Translations under genes and position numbers: made by a program | Source: Octopus bimaculoides | Taxonomy: Eukaryota | Assembly (NCBI RefSeq): GCF_001194135.2 | Contig: NC_068989.1 | Span: 69,481,104 to 69,545,103 of the forward strand | Direction: 5' to 3' | DNA: 64,000 nucleotides | Notes under the pieces: model-generated | What the model was told of the DNA's origin: nothing | Seen by the model: only the letters and a program-made list of their open reading frames with translations | Database searches by the model: none | In this document: positions 53,095 through 64,000 of the stretch, piece by piece | Layout: every line of letters begins with the position of its first letter | Numbering within the stretch: the stretch's first letter is position 1

Positions 53095-53370
53095 AACAGT
53101 TTGCAGGAGCAAAAGGCTTTTATTGCTAAATATTCTTTATTTAGCTGTCAACTCGGATGTTAGCTGTTCTTTTAATATATGAATATGCACAAACTAGTGT
53201 GTATACACATTTATACATACACATGGAATAGCACTAACTGTAATAATTTGTCTCAGAGAAACATCTCAAAGAGAATCGTATATTAAAAGCACCAGGTTTT
53301 ACTCAGAACAGTGCTGTGTTGCCAGACATAATAATTGAACCTGATTTGATGTCCTTAGTACTACTCTGAG
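53095..53370 (+). pseudogene. MEI1: MEI1-like exon remnant, stops at 53161 and 53173 plus frameshifts
   Basis: NSLQEQKAFIAKYSLFSCQLGC*LFF*YMNMHKLVCIHIYTYTWN resembles [45 protein letters not shown]; in another frame ENRILKAP resembles ENSFLRP. Confidence 0.55.
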
Positions 53371-54039
53371 CATTCTAATCTAAACTGAAAAATGCATTTC
53401 TGGAACAGTAAACAAAACATTTACTGATTTACGAAAAAGCTAGCCAGGCTAGAATTTAATTAATATACACTCTTGAAATAGCTTTAGATTAAAATACTGG
53501 TGTGTATACATATTTATAATGTGCATACAAATGTGAAACAGCTCTAGCTGTAATATTTTGTTTCATTGAAGCTTTTCAAAGAAATTTAAAAAGACATTAA
53601 AGATAACTACCTTTTTCGTTTCTCTCTTTTTTTCTCTTGCTACTTTGCTATTAGAGACAAATCTCTAAGACATGATAATTTTTATTTCTCAACCATTTTT
53701 TTTCTTTTTTGTTATTCAGTTTTAGAGATATTATTGGTTGAAGAAATATCTAGGTATTCCTTGAACCAATAATAATAATATTTAAATTTTGGTAGATTTT
53801 TAATAAATGACACAATATAAAGCAAATATATAAGATATATCTTCATTGTTAATAGTGGGTGTATAAAAGACAGTTCAACTGTTTAGATTTGATGTATAAG
53901 AGCTGGTTAAACATCTCGATTGGGTATATAAACAGTTGGTTTCATAGGTCAGTGTAGCTGTACCCAAGATTACTTCACAGGTTAGTGCAGTATTTATGTT
54001 GTTCTTCAATATCATCATCATCATCATCATATCCACTCT

Positions 54040-54460
54040 TCCATGCTTGCATGAGTTAGATGGAATTCACTGAGGTAGATTTTCTACAACCAAATGCCCT
54101 TCTTGTGACTGACCCTCCCCTGTATCCAAGAAAGGTATTTTTTTCCTCATCCTTGGACATGTTTCCATGGAAATGGAACAACACCACTTGTATGATGGTA
54201 ACACTTGTTTCCAACTTTTGCACAATGGCAAGACAAAGCTGTACATGCATACTCACATGCACGCACATGCATGCATGCACACACGCATATGCGCGTGTGC
54301 ACACACACACACACACACACACAATGGGTTACTTTCAGTTTCTGCTTACTAGATCCACTCATCAGATTTTGGTTGACCCCAGGCACTTACCTAAATTGCC
54401 ATGCAGTGGAACTGAACCCAAGACCTTGTGGTTGAGAGGCAAACTCCTTACCCACACAAC
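54040..54460 (-). mobile_element. SINE family B and associated repeat
   Basis: cagtttctgcttactagatccactc...cagtggaactgaacccaagaccttgtggtt; similar copies at about 1895-2050, 7140-7250, 32270-32610, 45628-45745 and 59050-59420. Confidence 0.65.
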
Positions 54461-54996
54461 TATGTTTACATTTATGTCGTTAAGAAATCTAGAAGAATCC
54501 TCCTTATATTTCAAAAAACTTAATCATGAAATGTTCTTTCACCTACATAACTATTCTTCTTCTGTTAGTATTGGTTAACTCCATTTCTTTGGGATCTGCT
54601 TTGTTGATTGGCAATATTTTAAGTCTGTAATAAATAATATCATGTTTACATTTTGTATTCCTCAAAATATTTTTAGAAGATTAACAAAGCCTGTATTTTT
54701 ATCTTCCTGTTATCTTATATTTCTTGATCTCTTGTTTAATAAACATTCCCATGAGCATAGGTCAAAATATTATATAGTTATATTTCAATATCATTTTGAT
54801 TATACTTAAATTGGTTATTACCAGCACATATAATCATATTTAAGTTATTGGTTCTTTCTGTTTTCACATTTATCCATGATGATGATGATGCTCATCATCA
54901 TCGAGACAATAATTTTCCTGCCTGGCAAAAGTTGACTCAATTTAAAATCTGTTTTGTTATTTGATGTCTGAGCTTTAATGGACATCCTCAAATATC

Positions 54997-55927
54997 TTAA
55001 CCCTTTTGTTAACTTATTTCTGTTGAAATACATTTCTGCCTCTGTTTCATTTAATTTTGAAAACCATGAAAAATTTTGTAAAATAACTTTGTCATTACTA
55101 TGCTGATGCTTGGAACATAAATAAACATTAAGACAGGAAATTTATATCAAAGAATTAGGAGTGATCTCAGGCCAATTGGTATCAAAAGAGCTAAATAGTT
55201 TGAAGAAATTTCAAACTACTGGTCTCCTGCAGATATCATTCCTGAAAGAGACACACAGACCCTTTTGTTACCATATTTCTCTTGAAATATTTCACTGAAT
55301 TTCGAAAATAATGAAGTATTTATTACAATAATTTTGTCATTAATCTGGTGTTTGAAACATAAACATTGAAATTTTAATGGACGGTTTTAATTTAGTTCAT
55401 TTAAACACAAGGAGTTTGTATCAAAGAACCAGGGCTGTTTCAGACAGATTGGTATTAAAAAGGTTAATTCTTTTGTTACCATATTTCTGTTGAAACACAC
55501 TACTTTATTTCAATTAATTTTGAAAATAATGAAGTATTTATAGTACAATAACTTTGTCATTATTAGGCTGGTGTTTGAGAAATAAATTTACATGAAATTT
55601 TAGATTAAGATCACATAAAAGCACGAAGCTTTAATCCTAGAAGCAGTGGTGGTCTCAGGCAAGTTAGTATCAAAACAGTTAAAGTAATCGGGAGAAATTT
55701 CAAACCACTGGGCCTTCATAGATATCATTTCTAACAGAAATGGTTTTGTTAGCATATTTTTGTTGAAATACATTGCCTTTGATTTCAGTTTAACTTTTGA
55801 AATAATGATGAATTTAGTCAAATAACTTTTATTATTAATCTGGTATTCGGAAAGGAAATAAATATAGAATTTTGATGGAATGTTTTAATTTAGATCATAT
55901 AAAATCATGAAGTTTGTATCCTAGAAC
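54997..55927. repeat. Tandem array of four ~200-bp piggyBac-like MITE units
   Basis: Units start (ttaac)ccttttgtta(c/a)catatttct and end tggtat(c/t)aaaa..g(t/c)taa; a related ~60-bp spacer sits after units 1 and 3. Confidence 0.7.
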
Positions 55928-57839
55928 TTCTCATTGCCAACCTTGTCACATTTTGGGTCATGCTGAGTCTCTCTGAGAACTACATTAAGTGGCTGCATAT
56001 CTGTGGCGTACTCAGCCACTTGCATGTTAATTTCATGAGAAGGCTGTTTCATTGATTAGATCAATTGAAACACTCATTGATGTAATATATAACATGAAAA
56101 ATAAAAACTGGAATTCTATATTTAAAGTCTTTGATAATTTTGAAATATATCTACTAACAAGCCATGTCTATTTTAGGAAACACTTATAAAAATATTGATA
56201 GATAATGAAATTGTTTCTCATAGTAAATATGTCTGGACCCCTTGAATACTACGTAGACCCACAATTTACTATTTTGCTTGTCTAGACCCTCTAAAATTTT
56301 ATATGCCCCCACCTTCCCAGGATGGGGTCATGAGACCCTGACTGAGAACCACTGTTGTAAATAGTGGTCAGTTGCCATCCAGCTCGTCTGAAAAAAAGTA
56401 AAAGAGGAAACAAAGCAGCAATGAGTGAAGAAAGAAAAAAAACAACAATGATATCCAAAAGTGCATACATAGTATGCAAGAAAAAAACCCACAAAAAGAC
56501 AGAAAGCGGAACAGTAAAAGAACCAGAAAAAGGAAAAGATATATAATCATATCAAGAATAGTGTTGGTAAATTTGGGGAAGCATGGAATTTTTTAGGGAT
56601 GCAGTGATCTAACAGAGAGGTAATATTTATCCCAATATTGGATGTTCTGTTAGAACAAACTATACTACAGTAGTTACTATGGAAGAAACTCTCATATTAG
56701 TTCTTTTCAGTATTGATACTGCATCTTTTGCTAATATGTATTTTTTAGTAGTATGCTAACATGAATGTCTTTTATTCTGAGATTTTTTAAACTCTTTTAA
56801 TTATTGAAATTGCCCATAAAATTTCTAATGGGGTTGAAATCAGGTGGTTGGGAAGGCCAGGGTAATATATGTATTTGCATGAGATTAAAATAATCTTGAG
56901 AGCATGCTGAAGTTTGTTGGATCATTATAATCTTGAATTTAAACATTCAAAAATTGAACTGCCTGGCAGCTTGAGATAAATTTTGTGGCTAATAACATCA
57001 AATTATACATAAGGAATTGCATTTGTTATTCCATCAATAAATGCTAATTTGCCAACATTTCTATAAGGCATACATTCTCCACTCCCTCCTTATCATCATC
57101 ATCATCATCATCATCGTTGTTGTTGTCATCCCTTTTGCCTCATTCTGGTCATTGTGATCATCACTGTCATCCTCTTCATCAGCAATCATCATCATCCAAC
57201 TCCCACATAAATATTTTCTTGCCCCATCCTTATATGTTTGTGTGTGTGTGTGTGTGTGTGTATGTAAGTATATATGTATATGTATGTAGATATATATACA
57301 TATACATACATACATATATATATGTATTGCTCTATGATGTAAATTTCATGTTTTAAAATGATCTGAATTAAAAGTTTCCATTTAAATTCCAAGTAAGTAT
57401 ATATAATTCAAACATCAGCTAAACAATGACATTTATTTCACTATTTTTATTGTATCTAGGGAGGGTCATTATGCTAATAATAATAGATACACACATTGGT
57501 TCAATTTCATTCCTTTATTGTCAGTCAGTTAGTTAGTTACCTAACCATCTAATTAATCAATCATTTGCTCAATTTGTTGATTAAAAACAAAAAATCAATC
57601 AGTTGTTTGTCCTAAGTCCTTTCATTGCTATTCACAACCTCATCAATGACTTGCCTTCTCTCCTCCGGGTCAACTTCATTATTTTCAGAATCAGTTGGAA
57701 CAAAAATAGTGTATTTCAACAGAAATATACCAGCAAAAACACTATTCATACAATTTTATTCTCTCCACACTGACATTCTTCCATCATTATTGTGAAAAGG
57801 GAAAATAGTTGTTTTATCAGCCCAGTAGCAATCTACAAT

Positions 57840-57879
<40 letters not shown>

Positions 57880-58268
57880 TTATATATCCATTCCTTACAT
57901 ATCTAACACTTTTGACAGGTATTGTATTTCTGTAAGAAAATAAGCTTTAAAACCATTTTCATAAAATACATTACCTATGGCTTGATTGCTAATGTGTTTT
58001 TCCATTTGATTTCTAAATAGAATATCCAATTTTGGATTTCTAGACTGGAATATTTAACAGAAATATTTACACATCAAAAAGAGGTGAACAACAGTGTCAG
58101 TGCAAACATGTGCCAAAGATGGAAATAATCTCACCTTGGAAAATAAATGGATTGATTTTCAAAAAATACATATTTGTATGTATGTATGTATGTATGTATG
58201 TACGTATGCATGCATAAATGTATATAAATATATATATATATATATATTTACCAACTTTCTCACCTATA

Positions 58269-58325
<57 letters not shown>

Positions 58326-58867
58326 ATATATGTGTGTGTGTCTATAAATGTATATGAATATATATATATTTATGTATATATATGCATATAAATGTATATA
58401 AATATATATATGTACATAAATTTATATAAACACACACAGAGGCTTAAGCAAATACACCTAAACAAAGTAACTTCGAATCATTCCTGTTAATACATGAAAT
58501 CAACATAAAAGAGATGACATACTAAAGTTGAGCATTTGATAAGTCTGCTAGAGAAATTAAACTTTTATTTCATGTCATTAAAAATATATAATTATGAGTG
58601 AGTTCATAACCGCATTGTAAAAATTTTTATTTGATGTAGGTTTGAAATTATTTGAAGAAGAATTGTGTTCTGTATCTAATGATCACAAACTTTAAAAAAA
58701 ATCAAGCTTGCAAAATTGCCTGGTAACGTATTTCAGATTTCTATTAGAAGAGAATAACCTCCCATAAAACTTAATAAAGGAAAGCAAGTCTATTTTGATT
58801 TCATTTTCTCCAACATACATGTGAATTAGGATTTTCTTCGACTTAGACTAGCGCAAAAGGGAGAGAT

Positions 58868-58868
58868 G

Positions 58869-58919
<51 letters not shown>

Positions 58920-58920
58920 G

Positions 58921-58978
<58 letters not shown>

Positions 58979-59030
58979 CACCACCACCTTTTCTTCTTCT
59001 TCTTCTTCTTCTTCTTCTTCTTCTTCATTG
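58868..59030. repeat. (ACT)n/(ACC)n/(TCT)n microsatellite
   Basis: Direct reading. Confidence 0.95.
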
Positions 59031-60946
59031 TCATCACCGTCATTGTGAGCTAACACATCCACTTTTCCATGTTTGCATGGGTCAGGCACAATTCATTGAG
59101 GCAGGTTGTTCTACAACTGGATGCCCTTTGCGTCACCAACTCTCACCTGTTTCCAAGTAAGGTAATTTTTCCTCATGGTCGAACATATTCTTCACAGAAA
59201 ATTGGAAATGAATGACATTGATGGTTGATTACAACCATCACATCATGTGAAGACACAATTGGCATATACATATACAACTGGCTTTTTTACAGTTTAACTC
59301 TACCAAATCCACTCACAAAGGTTTGGTTGATTTGGAGCTATAGAAAAAGACAGTTGCCCAAGGTGTTGTTCAGTGGGAGATCAAGTTACCAGGAAACAAG
59401 CTTCTAAACCATATAACCATATCTATACCTTTTGAAAAAGCCAGAATTTACCTCTATTTTATAAAAGCCATGTCTCTTGGATTTCAGAATTATCCCACCC
59501 TTTACATTCTTTCATTTATATAAATAATTATGTAAAATATAAATAACCACTTTGTTATATTCTTCTCTTTATTTTAAATTCAGAATTTTTCTTCTCTTAG
59601 TACCAATGAAAAGAAGACCAACAATAATGTATTTTTTCTAATATTCATTATATTATTTCTAATGGTTTTATTGACATAAAGAAAATTGTTCTAACTGGGA
59701 ATTAAAATTAAAGCTTATTTTGACATCAGTTCTTAACCTTTTCCTTATAGAGATAAAATGTCTGCGTTACATTTTCATGTGTTTATGGAAATTAGAATAT
59801 AATAAAATAATTTCTATATTTAAATTCATAAATAAATCTGTATTTCTGGACAGACATTTCTTCTTCCTCCTCCTCTTCTCTCTCTTTTCTTTCTCTCTCT
59901 TTCTGTATCTCTCTTTCTGTATATATGTATGTGTGTGCATACACACACATGCACACACACACCTACTAGATGGATCGAAACAATTGTAGTTATAAATAAA
60001 CATTCTCATATCTTCCATGTTCCATCTCTCATTAATCAAATACCCAACGAACACTGTGAAAGTGAACCTGCTTCACTTCTGTGATTGGATGTCCTTCCTC
60101 TCACTAGCCACTCTACAAAATAAACTCTATATCCGAGATTAACCATGCAAGAAACCATTACAGAGTATACAGTGTGCATTTTATCATATCACTGAAATGA
60201 GAGAAGTTGATAAGTCCTTGGTGAAACAGGACTAAAGGGAACCCAAAACCTTACAATTTCTCTGGTCATTTGTCAGTCACTTTGTAGTGTAAACTAGACG
60301 TATTTCCACATGTTACCAGCATAAGAGAGATGATAATGATAGTGGGTTCTGTGGTCAAGCTGTCAGGTAGATAGCCAATAGAGTCATGACTTTGTTTTTC
60401 TTTGTTATGAGTACTGTCAGTGTGTTTGTTGAGCTATATGCAACACATGTATAACAGCTTTTGCTTCAGTTTTCTGTCAGTAGTGCAAATGAAAGAACCA
60501 CACCTGTGAAGATGGAACAGTTATACAACTGTAATTTGCAGGTGGAGCTTCATTTTTTAATGTGTATTGAAGATGACTGAAGACATTTTGTTAAAGAAAC
60601 TCCATCATCTATTCAGCAAGATGCTGGAATTGAACAAAAAAAGAGTAAAAGAGGGAAACAAAGAGAAACTTCAATATCTTACTGTATTGAAAGATTCTTG
60701 AAAGATTTCAAACTATTTATGTCAGTTCTTTATATTTTGTAAATAAGAAAAAGTAAATATTCGTATTCATTAAAAACTAGAAAGAAGCCATCAATTTTAT
60801 CTTAATTTTAGTCTGAAAGGAATAGAAAGATTGTATAAATGGAATAATATTTTTGAAAGATGAAATTATATGTCCAAATTATTTAACTATTAAAGAGAAA
60901 ACTAAATAAGATCAGTATAATGGAAAACACAGACAGACAGGCAGAT

Positions 60947-60977
<31 letters not shown>

Positions 60978-62224
60978 TGCACACAAAAAATGCTATGTAG
61001 AAATTGTTTGAAATCCAATATTTTAATGTAAAAGTAAATTAAAGGATGGCATGATGGAAGAGATTTAAAAAAGAAAACAAACAACCCAACAGAAATCATA
61101 TATCTGTTTTATAAAAAAAAATGTTCTTTTAATCTAGGTGATAACTATATTTACAATTTGCAAAAATCTTCATGGCAAAGTAGAGATTGAATTTATTGTT
61201 TTTTTCTTTCTGTTGAGTAAAAACTTTGTACTTAAGCAATTGAAAAGTATTGGATAGATTTTAATTCAAATATTGAAAGTTTGTTGCTATTGGAGTAAAT
61301 GACAGATTGTGTGAAATTAATTTTTAAATATAAGACTGATATATGGATTGTCCATAGCATTCAATTAGAAAGAAGAATTTAGAATTATTTTTTATAAGGG
61401 TTTTACATTTCATAATAAAGTATTTCTTCATTCTAATTTTAACAAATCTAAAGATTACATGCACCAGAAAAGCAGTTGAAAAGACAATTGATTTATGTGA
61501 CCCAAACTCTGTGTTGGTTTGCTAATTATTTATAAAGTTGGGTTCTCAGAGTCTTTGGTCACATTCCCCCCCTTTTGATCCCAGACTTCTCTTATTCCTC
61601 AACCCATTTTGAATTGTTGTTAAGTATTTTTTTTTTTTCACATTATTCTTTTATAACAGCAATTATGGAAACAATGTATGAAAATACATTACTTTAATCT
61701 TATTTCAGTGAATCATAAAAATCCCATTTAATACTACATATATTGTTAGGAATGCCAAAGACACTTTATAAAGTGTTGCCAAAAGGGGAAAGAAGGGATA
61801 GGATAATAATTAAATTTTTGCTCTACAAGACTTCCATTTTAATTTGATGTCCACTTTGACTTGCATGCAGAGAAACTAAACTAGGACACTGAGGAAGAAA
61901 TCCAGTTAGTTTTGTTTAATGGTCACTATGCTCACAATTGTTGAGACATCCTTGTTTGTTAGTTGATATATATATATCCACAACAATACTAAAGGCATAT
62001 TCAAACCAACTACATTGTTGCAGAGGGCAAGAGCATTTGTGGGAACTGAGTATTATTATTATTATTATTATTATACACACACACACACACACTTGGTTTG
62101 AGTTCTATTTTTCCTGTTTGCATCACCAAACCTCTGTGTTTGTGTATATATGTGTATGTATATATGTGTATGTATGTATGTGTTTATGCATTTGTGTCTC
62201 CTTGTCTGATGCCACATAATGGTT

Positions 62225-62660
62225 ACTCTTTTACTTGTTTCAGTCATTTGACTGTGGCCATGCTGGAGTACCACCTTTAGTCGAGCAAATCGACCCTAGG
62301 ACTTATTCTTTGTAAGNNNNNNNNNNTGGAGTACCACCTTTAGTCGAGCAAATCGACCCTAGGACTTATTCTTTGTAAGCCTAGTACTTATTCTATCGGT
62401 TTTTTTGCTGAACCGCTAAGTTACGGGGATGTAAACACACCAGCAACGGTTGTCAAGCAATGTTGGGGGACAAACGCAGACACACAAACATATACATATA
62501 TACAACGAGCTTCTTTCAGTTTCTGTCTACCAAATCCACTCACAAGGCTTTGGTCAGCCCGAGGCTATAGTAGAAGACACTTGCCCAAGGTGCCACACAG
62601 TGGAACTGAACCTGGAACCATGTGGTTGGTAAGCAAGCTACTTACCACACAGCCACTCTT
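62225..62660 (-). mobile_element. Near full-length tRNA-derived SINE (family B)
   Basis: Minus-strand head gtggctgtgtggtaagtagcttgcttaccaaccacatggttccaggttcagttccactgtgtggcaccttgggcaagtgtcttctactatagcc; internal (CA/TA)n; many copies in the window. Confidence 0.85.
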
Positions 62661-63668
62661 TATTTATTTCCACTCTTCTGCAAAAACATGCCTAGCCATT
62701 GGCATGTATGACCTTGGTTGGAAGAAGGTAAAGGTTGGCAACCAAAAGGGTGTCTGGTCATATAAAATCTGCCTCAACAAATCCCATGTGACCCATACAA
62801 GCATAGAGAAATAGACATTAAACTGATGATGATGATGATGATGATGATGATGACAGTGGCAGCCATTCCAGTGCTTATCTATATTCTTCAACTTAGCAAT
62901 TCCTGAATTTTGAAACATCAAATAAAATTTCATTTTGAAATATGAGATAAAAATTAAGCATGCCAATTTTACAAAGTACAAGAATGTGAAAAACAGTTAA
63001 ACAGTCTTTCAAAGTAAAATTCTTATTTATATGCTATAAGCTTCATTTCCACCAAGACTATTATTAAAAATTGTTAGAGTTACCATAATAATTCTGCAGT
63101 TGAGAAATCTTTATGGTTTAAATTAACTGTGGTATATTGTTAGAATCTGTTACAAGTCTTGACTACAGAGAAATACGATATGAAAATCAATAAGTACTAT
63201 GAAGCAAGTCTAACACAAAAGCTCTACTACTAAACATTATGTTTTATTTCGGATAACCCCTCCCCTGCAGACTGAAAACAAAACTGACTCAATTAAGGGA
63301 ACAATTATTATTTTTTTACTAAAGTTATGCAGCAATATAGATCATAGCAATAACATAATGATAAAACACACCTGTGCTCATACACACCTTCACACATACA
63401 GAAAAGCTAGATAGTTAAATACAGGTATAAACACAATAAAGTGCCTCCTACTTATTTTATACTACATTTTGTTAACAACAAGCATTTTGAGTTACAGGTT
63501 TCTGTTAAGCCACTCACCAGTCTATTGCAATTCTGTGGGCAAGAATGATAAGGGGATTTCTTATGCCACTCAAGTGAAACATATACTACACAGGGTATAT
63601 ACTGTATTAGAAATACTGCTTTTTATACTTGAGTAAACATTGGTGAAACATGCACCACCACCACATTG

Positions 63669-63709
<41 letters not shown>

Positions 63710-64000
63710 ATATATATATGTATGTGTGTGTATAAGCTTTGTATTTAAAGTAATCTAAATTAAAACCTTCCAACAAAATATCCTGTTAATTTGTGTTTCA
63801 ATGTCTTCTTTGGCATGGTTTCAGTGGCTAGATGCTCTTCCTAACACCAACTGATTTACAGTGTACTTTTTTTTTTTTTGTGGTACCAGTAGTAGTAACG
63901 TCACCAAGTGAGAAGTGGGTACAATATCGAGGGAGGTAGCTTTGCGCCTGATGTTGAGAGGCTAAAGTATGATAGAGGGACAGGAACAAACATTTTGCTT

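Noticed and set aside
56350-56420. Strong minus-strand acceptor followed by DELDGN*
   Set aside because: A near-identical purine tract recurs at about 60640, it abuts a hAT-like MITE end, and no upstream exons were found.
60481-60590. Possible terminal MEI1 exon (EQLYNCNLQVELHFL resembling STLSNTTLQALHGFF)
   Set aside because: The match is short and competes with a contiguous weak match at 53380-53540; cannot be distinguished from chance by eye.
62267-62380. Exact repeat flanking a 10-N gap (similarly about 39030-39165 and 12850-12945)
   Set aside because: Overlapping contig ends; an assembly artefact rather than a biological duplication.

Overview
AT-rich, microsatellite-dense animal DNA from a gapped draft assembly. 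The repeat families (tRNA-derived SINEs, RTE LINE, mariner, Penelope) look like Octopus; this is inferred from recalled repeat consensus, not from a search. Almost all listed ORFs are simple-repeat or transposon artefacts. The main signal is a + strand, intron-containing gene spread over about 53 kb (442-53370). Most of its exons were first found from splice sites and open frames. They then aligned, in colinear order, to the central and C-terminal part of MEI1 (meiosis inhibitor protein 1), compared by eye with my recollection of the human protein. Several aligned blocks carry in-frame stops and frameshifts, so this is probably a decayed MEI1. The introns hold a head-to-head Penelope-like (GIY-YIG) element embedded in (ATT)n with SINEs stacked inside it, hammerhead-ribozyme-like motifs, a foldback element, RTE and mariner fossils, MITEs and many SINEs. 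No rRNA, intact tRNA gene or CRISPR array is supported. All homology calls are manual and need BLAST/HMM confirmation.
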